From Octopus vulgaris (taxonomy: Eukaryota), in assembly GCA_951406725.2 (NCBI GenBank), contig OX597815.1, forward strand, positions 10,478,001 through 10,542,000: 64,000 nt of DNA. The letters run 5' to 3'. Of the stretch, positions 24,536-37,092 are shown in pieces (positions within the stretch are counted from its first letter, which is position 1; every line of letters starts with the position of its first letter). The notes under the pieces were generated by a model. The model had not been told where the DNA came from. It made no database searches and saw nothing but the letters and a program-made list of their open reading frames with translations. Position numbers and translations under genes: made by a program.

Positions 24536-25064
24536 CACCTAAGAGGTATCCATCATAGCACTACCTGTACGCTAGAGAAGACAGTTAAATTCCAAACAAC
24601 TATTAGGGCTAAAATTTCGAAGGGAATGAAAAATAGAAACATTTACCATCTAACTCCTGGTTCAAACTGTTTTTTAGCAAATAAAATAATTTGCTAGGCG
24701 AAGCCTTCTTCAGCAGGTACACCTTAGATTAAATATATATACACGAGGCAATCCAGTATATGCCCCGTGCTTATACATTATAATTTTTCAAATCTACCAC
24801 GCAAGCGCAGCTCCTTGTCGGCAGTAAATAAATATGCCGGCTCTTTCATTTCGAAAGTTATCCAAGAAAAAATTACCAATAATTATTAATATCAAAGGGT
24901 AATCTGAAATATTAGAAATTTCCATTAACAGTGGCCTAGCGTGTAAAAATTTAGTCAACAGACTATATATTATTCACATAAATACAGTGTATTTAAACAC
25001 ATAAGAGGTATCCATCATAGGACTACTTGCACGCTAGAGAGGACAGTTAAATTCCAAACAACTA
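24536..25064 (-). mobile_element. 462-bp unit with 67-bp direct terminal repeats and a damaged HHR (PLE pLTR or retrozyme-like)
   Basis: Repeats at 24536-24602 and 24998-25064. Minus strand 24729-24648 reads AUCUAA..CCUG-CUGAAGA-AGGCU...AGUUU-GAA-C-CAGG..UUAGAU, lacking stem III. Confidence 0.55.
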
Positions 25065-25265
25065 CTGATAACTGTCAAAATGTTGATTATTGGGCAACTC
25101 TGACACGTTGTGAATGCCACTCAACTGAATTCAGCTGATGGAGCAAGAATGATTCAGGAAATAAGGACAAATGTTCAACTAATTTGCAGAAAATTCCTCA
25201 GAATGCTTCACATGCCAGGATATATCGAGCAGGAAACCTTGAAAAATATGATACTTTATTGTACT

Positions 25266-25575
25266 TACTTGTTGTTTGTTCCTTCTCGAGCCATGTCTGG
25301 CTCATAAGGGCCGGTTTCCAGGTTTCCTTGGCGTATAGGTTCCCCACCTGGACGGGACGCCGGTCCGTCGCAGGTGAGTTGCAAGATGCAAGAGGAAAGA
25401 GTGAGAGAAAGTTGTGGCGAAAGAGTCAGCAGAAGTTCGCCATTATCTTCTGCCGGGGCCGCGTGGAGCCTAGGTGTTTCCCTCATAAACACACACATCG
25501 CCCGGTTTGAGAGTCAAACCCGCGATCCCTCGACCGCGAATGCACTGCTCTAATCACTATGCCATGTGCCTCCAC
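25266..25575 (-). mobile_element. SINE group B-type head with tail type 3 and an 8-bp TSD
   Basis: TSD attgtact at 25258-25265 and 25576-25583. Matches 44024-44324. Confidence 0.9.
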
Positions 25576-26256
25576 ATTGTACTAACCTGCTAACAGATTA
25601 TCCGTCATGGTTAGGGTAGGTTTTTTTTTTGTAACTTGGATCACACTCAGATTAAATGATGCTTGAAGTAGATGAGGTTCAAGCAGATGTGTGCAAAAAT
25701 AGACGAAACAAACTCGTTTTATGCTCCCACCATTTTATGCTCAAATTATAGGTGTCTTATGACGTCCCACAAGACTGGAAAGATACTTAATATTCCCTCA
25801 TTCAAGAAGGCAGGTACAAATAGCTTTGGACGCTATTGAAGAATTTCTCTTCTTGGTATACTGAAAATCATTACCGCATTTTTACCTGAAACTCATTTTG
25901 AGTTCGGAAGAGGAGGAAGCAACATAAATTTGTTATTGTACTTTTGTCATACCTAAGGGAAATGCGTTGTACAGTACAAAGGCACTGTGTATTCACGTAA
26001 GCATTCAACACAGTAAATATACGATGTCCATTGTAGGTACTTGGAAGTTTTCATGTCCAGAAGAAATCACTAAAGACTGATTAAATCACTACACACAGGC
26101 ATGAGGGATCAGGTTACGTATTTGAATACCAGCTGTGCAGAGTTTATCGCTAAAATAGAGTCGAGCAGCTTTACACGCTAACGCCAACAGTATTCACACT
26201 GATATTCGAAGAGCAATACAAATCAACTGAAGATGTATACACACACAGGCAAGATC

Positions 26257-26381
26257 TGAAACGTTAGCACGCCGGGCGAAATGCGTAGCCGTATTTCGTC
26301 TGCCGTTACCTGTGTACAAATTCGCCGAGGTCGACTTTGCTTTCATCCTTTCGGGTCGATAAATTAAGTACCAGTTACGCA
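26257..26381 (+). mobile_element. SINE group A fragment
   Basis: gaaacgttagcacgccgggcgaaatg...gtaccagttacgcac. Confidence 0.85.
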
Positions 26382-27319
26382 CGGGCCAAACTATTTTATG
26401 TGTTGCGCCTCAAACTTAAGACGAATACTGTTTGTTGACAATTTTTGCCCTTGCTTTCCAAATCGCTGAAGATATGCAGTGCCTGGGGAATGCTGCTAAC
26501 AATGCAACCACGAAGATCAGCTTGAGTATTGATAGTCGGAAGATGGATGTTCTTTATCATCCAAAGTCTGACGCGAGTCATTGGTCATCACTGTAGGTTA
26601 GAAGTTGCTACAGGCAAACGAGTTTACATATTATGTAGTACAATTTGTGGCCATGGCAAGATCAATGATGAGCTAGAACGCAGGAAAAGTGGGCGAGCTC
26701 CCGAAGGTTGAGAGGTGACCGTGGAACAACAAACTCCTGTCAGTCCAAGAGAAAAGCAAAATATACAGAATAATAATATTATCTGACTGAATGTACAGAT
26801 ATATCGCAGACAGTAAATAAAAGTGCATGAATTCATTGGAAAACCGAGATAGAACATGTACACTATTTGGAATGGTAAAGTCAGGAGCCCTAAGGTTCTA
26901 GAGAAAAACTAAGCTTTCTAACATGGGGGAGATATCGGGGCAGCGAAGTCTTCCCTAGTTTGGGAATAGACATAGAATTTGAAACGATCAGTATTCAGAA
27001 CAAATACTCAACTCACTGTTAAATGGTGGTTCGAAGAATCAGGAAAGAACTCGACTGAATTAAACCACTGATGTGGTTTAAAAGATTGAGCATTGATACC
27101 CACATCTAGATCACCATTGTCGCAGTAGTACAAATCGGAAACCTGTGGAAGAGAACGATCCAGTTTAGATCGTCACTCAAAGTAATGCATATGGATATTC
27201 ATCAGCCGATATCGGCGAATCGTTTATGATGATGATATGATAATGTTACAACGAGTGTCGTGTGACCGTTATTGTTGATGATGCTAATTGCTCTAGATAC
27301 TGCTTTACGGTTAACTTTG

Positions 27320-28200
27320 TGGTCACCAGATTTCGTTTTTTTTTCTATAGTGTATTTTTTTTTTGTTATTTGCTAGATGCTGATTTCTCTTCTTTTGTAT
27401 GGTTTCCGTAGATTGTGTTCGAGAGTTTCTGTAATTTTGATGAGGTTGGCTATTTCTGGAATTTAATTGGAGTGGTATATTTTTGCCTTGTGTGATAGTT
27501 CTGGGCTTTTTTTCCGTTTTAATCGCGTCTATAATTATTTTGGTGAATGTATATACAGCAATGTCGGTATGTTGGTGATTGTGGTTGTGTTGAATTCCGA
27601 AAATTCTTAACGAAATTCGTTCCAATGTAATTTTTGAAGTTTGTAAAAGTGTCTTTGCTTTGGTCATTGATGTACAAGTGTGTTGTAGTGATAATTGGTA
27701 TATATAGTCTGAAAGTAATGCCAGTCGCCACTCACGTGCGCAGACGACTCGTTGGCATATACCATGCTTTTGCTAATTGCTTTAGGTGCTATGTAGACAT
27801 AATCATTCTCTTGGGATCATTATCGTGACACTACGGAACATCAAAGAAGTGACAACCAGAGAGAAAGTACGGGGTTCAGCTGCACTAGAAACCAGCTGGT
27901 GCTCATTACAGTTGAATAGACTGCCGTGTTCAGCAACACAGATCGGCGCCCAGTTCAGTAATTAAATCTACGACCGTATGATCACGAGCCAAACAGTTTA
28001 ACACTATGTCAAATATCTTTATTGGTGGTCTGAAAATAGATGGGGAATTGTTTGCCCGAGTGGTTGTGGTGAGATGATGCTTGAGGATGAGTTGTCTTGA
28101 TGATGTTTGTTATATATATTTCGTGGTGTGAATTGTCTTAGAAATAAAGTGAGTTTAGTTGTAATAATATTGTCACTTTTCTTGTTATCAGTATTAATAG
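27320..28200 (-). pseudogene. decayed LINE ORF2 fragment (endonuclease end and linker; clade uncertain)
   Basis: Frameshifted pieces such as SDYIPIITT, TFTNFK..NWNEF and FTKIIIDA resemble the SDH.PI...N.KKANW..F linker of APE-type LINEs. Confidence 0.45.
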
Positions 28201-28203
28201 TAA

Positions 28204-28585
28204 GTGGAGGCGCAATGGCCCAGTGGTTAGGGCAGCGGACTCGCGGTCGTAGGATCGCGGTTTCGATTCCCAGACCGGGCATTGTGAGTGTTTATTGAAT
28301 GAAAACACCTAAAGCTTCACGAGGCTCCTGCAAGGGGTGGTGGTGAACCCTGCTGTGCCTTTTCACCACAACTTTCTCTCACTCTTTTTTCCTGTTTCTG
28401 TTGTACCTGTATTTCAAAGGACCAGCCTTGTCATACTCTGTGTCACGCTGAATCTCCTCGAGAACTACGTTAAGGGTACACGTGTCTGTGGAGTGCTCAG
28501 CCACTTGCACGTTAATTCCACGAGCAGGCTGTTCCGTTGATCGTATCAGCTGGGACCCTCATCGTCGTAACCGACGGAGTGCTCC
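28204..28585 (+). mobile_element. SINE group B (tail 1) with a 12-bp TSD
   Basis: TSD tattaatagtaa at 28192-28203 and 28586-28597. Confidence 0.92.
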
Positions 28586-28690
28586 TATTAATAGTAAAGA
28601 TAGCAAGTGTTGTTGTAGTTTCTCTCAGTAACAGACTGTGAAAAAGCGCAGTAACTAGAGTATACTCTGGTGAGACAGTTGCTGATGTTG

Positions 28691-28735
<45 letters not shown>

Positions 28736-29090
28736 ATGTGTAACGTAACAGTTTAGAAGAAAGCGTGAACTAGACATCTCTTCAGTTTCTCTAAACGATA
28801 ACTGTTCTCTGCAAAGAATGTTTTTGTTAAAACACAAGAACGCCGGTGATAATTCAAGAAATATTCCTCTTAAAAATTTACGGCCGAGCGAGCTGTCTTC
28901 CTTCGCTTGATAGCTAGGTTTTCCAATTTTGAAATAAAAATTACCGAAAATGTGGACAACTCCCCACTAGACCTGATAGAGAAAAAGTGAAGTTATTTTT
29001 GAATTCACCTGGCAGAATCACTTAAGATTTCGTTGAAATATTCCAGGCACCAGACAAAAAAAAATTGTTGCCCAGTGTTATAGATTAAAT

Positions 29091-29416
29091 TAAAGACTCC
29101 GCCGGTTACGACGACGAGGGTCCCAGCTGATACGATCAACGGAACAGCTTGCTCGTGAAATTAACGTGCAAATGGCTGAGCATTCCACAGACACGTGTAC
29201 CCTTAACGTAGTTCTCGGGGATAATCAGCGTGACACAGAGAGTGACAAGGCTGACCCTTTGAAATACAAGTACAACTCATTTTTGCCAGCTGAGTGGACT
29301 GGAGCAACGTGAAATAAAGTGTCTTGCTCAAGGACACAACGCGTCGCCGGGAATCGAACTCACAACCTTACGATCATGAGCCGAATGCCCTAACCACTAA
29401 GCCACGCGCCCTCACA
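29091..29416 (-). mobile_element. SINE: tRNA head, CORE-like body and tail type 1, with an 11-bp TSD
   Basis: GGCGCGTGGCTTAGTGGTTAGG...GAGTTCGATTCCC, GTGTCCTTGAGCAAGACACTT, then the group B tail. TSD atagattaaat at 29080-29090 and 29417-29427. Confidence 0.92.
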
Positions 29417-29432
29417 ATAGATTAAATAAATA

Positions 29433-29588
29433 TACGAGGGAGAGCTGTACGGTTCTTGGCTTTGGGTAAAAGAAAATACAGGAGGATCAGTTAATTATGG
29501 TTTTATTGAACAGACTCACACACTTACTGCAGCGGTCCTTCAGTTTTTCCTAGCACTGTGAAAGAACTCTAAAGGTTGGGCCTGCAAC
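29433..29588. mobile_element. possible mariner-type terminal fragment
   Basis: Starts TACGAGGG like mariner TIRs. No partner TIR seen. Confidence 0.35.
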
Positions 29589-29631
29589 ATATACACACGC
29601 GGTTGTAATAATAATAATAATAATTATTATT

Positions 29632-29722
<91 letters not shown>

Positions 29723-29820
29723 TTTATTTTTCAGAGCTCTAGGTGAGGTAAGTGGTGGTTTTGGACGAATTAGTGGTGATACTCATGTTGGTAGTGGTTG
29801 TAATAATAATTATTATTATT

Positions 29821-29852
<32 letters not shown>

Positions 29853-29875
29853 TATTATATTATTATTATTATTAT

Positions 29876-29985
29876 ATTTTACTTCTCAGAGCTCTAGGTC
29901 TTAGGTGCTCTGGTTGATTCTGTGAGAGCGAACAGCAACCTGTTGTCAGAGGTCTCGCAGTATCTCTTTCCGCAAATCAAGAATA
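29876..29985 (-). mobile_element. LINE-type 3' end running into (AAT)n; second copy at 38212-38322
   Basis: cttctcagagctctaggtctta.gtgctctg...gtcagaggtctcgcagtatctc abuts (ATT)n at both loci. Confidence 0.65.
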
Positions 29986-30365
29986 TTTCGCGATATCCTT
30001 AAAACCAGGAACTTTTCAGCGCCCCCTTGTATATGTAGTTTAAATACTTACAAATTACTAAAATCAAAAATACCGAAACAATTATTTTGCATGCGATAAC
30101 GGAACCTCACGAGTCGCAGATAAATTAACGGAAACCATACTCACGTCTTAACTGTACGCTGCCAAAACCCAAAACCAAACCGAAAGACTGATATCTGTCA
30201 ATCGGCGGAAGTCAAACTCAACTACCTAACGGAAGTGACCTTGTGCACTATAGTAATTGAAAGCTACCCTCCGGAATTAAGAATAAACATATCATCGATA
30301 TATCTTGCACCATTCACTGCTACGTATGTATACACGTATGTGTAAATGTATACACATATAATTCC

Positions 30366-30401
<36 letters not shown>

Positions 30402-30683
30402 GTACCACAATATGCTTGCTTCTTTTTGCTTCATTTTTGTTTTATAAGGCTGCATGTCCATTGTATCGTGGTTCTTTATTAGGTTACGAACGTCACTTAT
30501 GATATTTACGATACTGAATGGAATCTTTTCTAAATACTATTACACAGCATCCGTTATAAAGTCTATTTCTAGTCTGATTTGATAATAATTTGGAAGAGTG
30601 TTCGTAATAATGTTTCGTGAATTATTACTACACGTGAATTATTACTATATGAATGTCGTGAGTGATAATATGCTGTAAGTCTA

Positions 30684-31409
30684 AGGCGGCGAGCTGGCAG
30701 AAACGTTAGTCTGTCCTTGTTTGTCCACTCTGTGTTTAGCCCCTTGTGGGTAATAAAGAAATAGGTATTACGTCTGCCGTTACGTTGTGAGTTCAAATTC
30801 CGCCGAGGTCGACTTTACCTTTCATCCTTTCGGGGTCGATAAATTAAGTACCAGTTTCGCACTGGGGTCGATGTAATCGACTTAATACCTATGTCTGTCC
30901 TTGTTTGTCCCCTCTATGTTTAGCCCCTTGTGGGTAATAAAGAAATAGGTATTTCGTTCTGAGTTCAAATTCCGCCGAGGTCGACTTTGCCTTTCATCCT
31001 TTCGGGGTCGATAAATAAAAGTACCAGTTTCGCACTGGGGTCGATGCAATCGACTTAATCCCTTTGTCTGTCCTTGTTTGTCCTCTCTATGTTTAGCCCC
31101 TTGTGGATAATAAAGAAATATATATGAATGTCGTGAGTGATAATATGCTGTAAGTCTAAGGCGGCGAGCTGGCAGAATCGTTAGCTCGCGGTATTTCGCC
31201 AGCCGCTACGTTCTGAGTTCAAATTCCGCCGAGGTCGACTTTGCCTTTCATCCTTACGGGGTCGATAAATTAAGTACCAGTTACGCACTGGGGTAGATGT
31301 AATCGATTTAATACCTTTGTTTGTCCCCTCTATAATCGACTTAATCCGTTTGTCTGTCCTTGTTTATCCTCTCTGTGTTTAGCCCTTTGTGGGTAGTAAA
31401 GAAATAGGT
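30684..31409 (+). mobile_element. SINE group A cluster / tandem array
   Basis: Heads at 30684 and 31159, with repeated body-plus-tail units joined by aaagaaataggtatt. Confidence 0.9.
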
Positions 31410-31869
31410 ATGTATATTATATGAGAAAGGAAAGCAAAGATGTCTACGGTTAGAATTCTTGTTAGACAGTGAATACGCGGCGCAGAAATGGTTTTCATAT
31501 GTGCAAACGCTGTCAGCGAACGACAATAGCTACAGCTAGGAACGAAAAGCTCTTTAAAACTTAGACACAGAATATAGACAAACTCTTTTAAACAACATTA
31601 AAAAATAATTCAGGAAAAAAAGTGCACGACTAAAGTGGAAAGTAACAATAATACTAACGGCAAAAATACGTTGTGAGTTCAAATTCCGCCGAGGTCGACT
31701 TTGCCTTTCATCCTTTCGAGGTCGATATATTAAGTATCAGTTGCATACTGGGGTCGACATAAAAAAAAATAACAAATAAGCAAAATGCATAAAAATAATA
31801 CAAAAAGTACTCTAACAGTTTTTCAATACAATAAAAACAACTTTATAGACTTATAGGATATTTTTTTTT

Positions 31870-32255
31870 ACTCCAAGCACAAGGTCCGGAATTTTGGGGG
31901 AGCGAGCAAATCAATTAGATCGACCCCAGTATGCAAATGATACTTATATCGACCTCGAAAGGATGAAAGCCAAAGTCGACCTCGGCGGAATTCTGAACTC
32001 CGAATGCAAGGACAGACGAAATACCGCGATGTATTTCTCCCGGCGTGCTAACGTTTCTTATTTCAAACAAGGACATACAAAGGGATTCAGTCGATTATAT
32101 CGACCCCAGTACGTAACTGGTACTTAATTTATCGACCCCGAAAGGATGAAAGGCAAAGTCGACCTCGGCGGAATTTGAACTCAGAACGTAACGGCAGACG
32201 AAATACAGCTAAGCATTTCGCCCGGCGTGCTAACATTTCTGCCAGCTCGCCGCCA
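31870..32255 (-). mobile_element. two SINE group A copies
   Basis: Two aaagtcgacctcggcggaatt cores at about 31975 and 32155. Confidence 0.85.
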
Positions 32256-32704
32256 TATAATATATATACACAATTTAATTATCTAGAATATTTTAAAATG
32301 TTTTAGCCCATAGGTAGTATTTAAGGTAGATTTGGCTGGGCTGGAATTTCTGCAGATCGAGCGACCTTCGTATCTTCCTTGCTACAGTGTGGTGATAGTT
32401 CTGTTACTGTTGTGGTTGCTGTTATGGTTATCCTAGTTGAAGGTAAGGAAAGTGGTGGTTTTGGACGAATTGGTGGTGATACTCATATTGGTAGTGGTTG
32501 TTTGATTAGGTGTAGCGTGATTAGTAATTTTATTGGCGTTATAGGTGGAGGCAATGCTGTACTTTGTTGTGGGTTCTCGGGTTTGGTGGGGGAATCCCTG
32601 GTTGTTTTGGTGTTGTCGGTGGTAGGGTTGTTGGATTGGTGATGACGATAATGATGGTGGAAGCAATGGAATTGGTTGTGGTAGTGGTGATAGTGGTGGT
32701 GGTG

Positions 32705-32755
<51 letters not shown>

Positions 32756-32949
32756 ATGCCAGTTTACATATCTGGTTGCATTCAAATAATTAGCAGATAT
32801 TAGAGACGGCATACAGAGAAACACAACTTAAAAAAATATATTTTCATAATTTGATGGAATATTTCAAGGTTACATTAGAACTGTTATCACGACAAATTAC
32901 ATCTAGAATCGAGGTAATTCGGTTTCTGGAGACGCCCCAGTGTTACAAA

Positions 32950-33318
32950 TCTCTATATATAAAAGAGAGGTTGTGTGCTGTCTGTCTCCTACGATTTAGA
33001 TTCCTAACTACTCCCACATTTTGCGGTGCAGTTTAACCAAAACCGGGTATCTTATAGTCGTGATTCATATCGAGCCCTTCTGGGTATTAGCGCGCGTCTA
33101 CGATGAGTCTACGATTTTAAAAATAATTTACCATATTTTTTTTCCATTTTAATGCATTTTTTTCGCTATTATATAAGGGAAGTAACTCTCTAAAAATGTC
33201 TACGATGAGTCAACGATTAAAAAAAAAATTTACCATAATATTTTTTCCATTTTTAATGCATTTTTTGCTGTTTTTTGGCTATAACTCTCTAAAAATTCTT
33301 TATAGTTATTTCCCTTAC
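32950..33318 (+). mobile_element. non-autonomous Helitron, 3'-truncated
   Basis: 5' TCTCTATATATAAAA. The 3' part ggctataactctctaaaaa..ctttatagttatttcccttac is shared with 20055-20434, but the hairpin and CTAG are absent. Confidence 0.7.
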
Positions 33319-33828
33319 TAAAGGCGCTGCTCCAGCATGGCCGCAGTCAAATGACTGAAACAAGTTATGCATATGTTAACATGCATTTTATACACCAAAC
33401 TGTTGTAAGCTAACACACGAAATAAAGTCTTACATCCTTAAGTGTCGGAATAAAGTAACTAGTTACTAACTCTTTAGTTACCAAAGGCTGTTGTTAAAAG
33501 AAAATTGACGCTTCTTTATTGACTATTGCCTAGTCTGGCTTTTGGCTATCAAAAATAGTTAAGATGGATAAAGTATACTTAACTTTTGTAGTTTCAGTTT
33601 CTCATCAGGAAAATGATCCCTTCTCTCACTTTCTTACTTTCCCCCTTTGTCCAGTCACTCCCAGCTACTTCTCTCTTACCGTGGGCTTGCATTTCGTATA
33701 ACAAAGTCGTTCGATTTGGGGAGAAATAATGCTTCGGGATCAATTATTAGCTGTGAAATTATCAAATAAGCTGCTGTCTGTGGAGTGTGAATTGAGCTCT
33801 CATAGTTTGTAGGTATTAATATAAATGA

Positions 33829-34403
33829 AGGCGGCGAGCTGGCAGAAACTTTAGCACGTCGGGCGAAATGCTTAGCGCTATTTCGTCTGCCGTTACGTTC
33901 TGAGTTCAAATTCTGCCGAGATCGACTTTGCCTTTCATCCTTTCGGGGGTCGATAAATTAAGTACCAGTTACGCACTGGGGTCGATATAATCGACTTAAC
34001 CTGTCTGTCTGCCCTTGTTTGTCTCCTCTGTGTTTAGCCCCTTGCGGGTAGTAAAGAAATAGGTATTTCGTCTGCCGTTACGTTCTGAGTTCAAATTCCA
34101 CCGGGGTAGATAAATTAAGTACCAGTTACGCACTGGAGTCGATATAATCGACTTAACCCGTCTGTCTGCCTTTGTTTGTCTCCTCTGTGTTTAGCCCCTT
34201 GTGGGTAGTAAAGAAATAGGTATTTCGTCTGCCGTTACGTTCTGAGTTCAAATTCTACCGAGGTCGACTTTGCCTTTCATCCTTTCGGGGTCGATAAATT
34301 AAGTACCAGTTACGCACTGGGGTCGATATAATCGACTTAATCCGTCTGTCTGTCCTTGTTTGTCTCCTCTGTGTTTAGCCCCTTGTGGATAGTAAAGAAA
34401 TAG
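33829..34403 (+). mobile_element. SINE group A tandem array (one head, three units)
   Basis: Unit junctions aaagaaata|ggtatttcg at about 34061 and 34218. Confidence 0.92.
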
Positions 34404-35201
34404 GTTTTAATACAAATGCCATCAGCTGGCTCCTAAATGTGATCTATCAGAGAGGGCAAAGGGTACATAGAATGATAGAAAGAATTTTCTATTTGTATCA
34501 GATCCCTTCCTCCCTGTGCCTGTAATACGTATAATTTACCAATATCAATTTTAGAAGGGAATATAGGGTATAGCTTTGTAGCGGAGCATATAACACTGTC
34601 AGCTATTGTATTCATACCTATTATCATATTTCTGGCGCTGAGGTCGATTTTGCCTTTCACTCTGTCGAGGTCAATAACATAAGTACCAGCTGAGTACTGG
34701 GGTCGATACGATCGACTTACCTCACTCCCCCAAAATCTGCTGGCCTTGGGCCCCAAAAAAATTTAATTAATTTTAACCCGATTCTTCTGTACTACTTTTT
34801 ACTAATTTCTTTCGTTATTTCATTGCAACTTAGAAGTTCCTCCCACAGTTGATGTTTTGCTTGAAATTCTGCTCTTGTAAATATTGCTAGACACAACCTA
34901 CCTCACGGGTTATGTCTGCTGACATGTGATCTGCACTGAGATAAATCAACCTTAACCAAGATTGCCAATATTAACTTGTCGCAACCAAAATGTTAACGAA
35001 CGAAAAGAAGCCTGTTTGCTTTAATGCCTGCTCATAAGAAATATGGTGCACCAAGCTTCTACGGTTTCATAAATATATATTGAACACTGAGGTAAACAAT
35101 CAAACCAAGCAAATAAACTATATAAAACTGTGGTACCTTATGGTTTTTGAGTTTTTATTATGTTGCATGAACGGCATGATAATTTAGAAAACACCTGAGA
35201 A

Positions 35202-35294
<93 letters not shown>

Positions 35295-35345
35295 GTCTAC
35301 GTTTGTATGTATGTATGTATGTATGTATGTATGTATGTATGTATG

Positions 35346-35387
<42 letters not shown>

Positions 35388-35421
35388 CGTTTGTATGTAT
35401 GTATGTATGTATGTATGTATG

Positions 35422-35479
<58 letters not shown>

Positions 35480-35521
35480 CGTTTGTATGTATGTATGTAT
35501 GTATGTATGTATGTATGTATG

Positions 35522-35582
<61 letters not shown>
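35202..35582. repeat. compound (ATCT)n/(ATGT)n microsatellite
   Basis: Three higher-order blocks separated by acgtttg. Confidence 0.97.
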
Positions 35583-37092
35583 GTGATACACAATCCCTAT
35601 TGATCGTTTTTTCTTTCCTTTTTTTCTGTTTTTTTTTTCTTTTTACGATCTCTTTTGATCGAAAACCTACTCCATTTTTTTTCTCCCCAAAAAGAAAAGC
35701 TCTACTTTGTAATTTGTCCCGTCTGTGTTCAGCCCTGTGTGTCTAATAAAGAAACATATCTATCTATCTAGGGGATTAGTGGAGGGGAGGTACGACGACG
35801 ATCTCCGGGCATACCTGGGCGTCGACGAGGAATACCTGACCCGCCTGTTCGGGACGACTTTCGGCCCGGGACCTATGGACAACTTCCAGAGATCCTGGCC
35901 TGGCGGTGCTACCGAGAAGCGCTACTCGTTCGGGATAAGCTCTATAGGCAATTTCCGACCTGTTGGCTTATGTCGAACGACTGCTGTCACGTGTGGGACG
36001 TGTCAGTTTATCAGCCGAGTTAATATCGTCACGCCTCCTTCCTTCAAACGGGAAGGAAGAGCTATTTTTATCATACTTGTGGCTATGGCGAAAGAATGTA
36101 TCTGGTGGACGCGCCTGAAAGGATTAGAGACAAACACTTTCCTCTCTGGTCAATCTCTCATCAACTTCTTCAAGTATCACTTGAAGAGGAAAGTGAGAGT
36201 AGAGAGGCAAGTTTTGTCTAGTGAATGTTTAAAAAAAAGATGGGTGAATGTAGCAAGGATGGCACGTATGAATGACGAAGCCACCTTGACTATGATTCTA
36301 TGAACCGTAAAAATTAACACAGAGAGTTACTTATTTGCAAAAAAAGAAAAAAAAAAAGAAATATAACATGTGACTTCATTGACCGAGGTTACCGTAGTCT
36401 TTTCCGTAGGGTTTTCTTTCCACGGGTAAACCTCACCTGTCCCCCCCTTTACACTTCATATTGACATTTCTGTGATTACGATCCCTATTGATCAACTTTT
36501 TTTCCTCTCTCCCCCTTTTTTTAAAATCCTCCCCTTTTTTTGTCCTCTTTCTTTCCTTTTACGATCCCTTTTGATCGAAAACCAACCCCCTTTTTTTCTT
36601 TACCCCCAAAAGAAAAGCTCTACCTTGTAATTTGTCCTGTCTGTGTTCAGCCCTGTGTGTCTAATAAAGAAACATATCTATCTATCTAGGGGATTAGTGG
36701 AGGGGAGGTACGACGACGATCTCGGGGCAAACCTGGGCGTCGACGAGGAATACCTGACCCGCCTGTTTCAAACAACTTTCGGCCCGGGACCTATGGACAA
36801 CTTCCAGAGATCCCTGGCCTGGCGGTGCTACCGAGAAGCGCTACCTGTCTCCCCCTTTACACTTCATATTGACATTTCTGTGATTACGATCCCTATTGAT
36901 CAACTTTTTTTCCTCTCCCTCCCCCCTTTTTTAAAATCCTCCCCTTTTTTTGTCCTCTTTCTTTCCTTTTACGATCCCTTTTGATCGAAAACCAACCCCC
37001 CTTTTTTTCTTTTACCCCCAAAAGAAAAGCGCTACCTTGTAATTTTGTCCTGTCTGTGTGCAGCCCTGTGTGGCTAATAAAGAAACATATCT
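35583..37092 (+). mobile_element. tandem L1/Tx1-like 3' fragments (three 3' UTRs, two ORF2 C-terminal pieces) separated by (ATCT)n
   Basis: MDNFQRSLAWRCYREAL and LVAMAKECIWWTRLK...FFKYHLKRKVRVER...RW. Each UTR ends cagccctgtgt.ctaataaagaaacat followed by atct. Confidence 0.75.

Larger units (their letters stand above)
25070..27130 (+). pseudogene. RTE-clade LINE reverse-transcriptase region, interrupted by SINEs; probably the same element as 21785-22800
   Basis: LNSADG..., VPQDWKD...FKK...RISLL, LPETHF, KAFNTV, LIKSLHTGM, AEDMQCL...KMDVLYHP, LCSTI...INDELERR. Heavily decayed. Confidence 0.8.
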
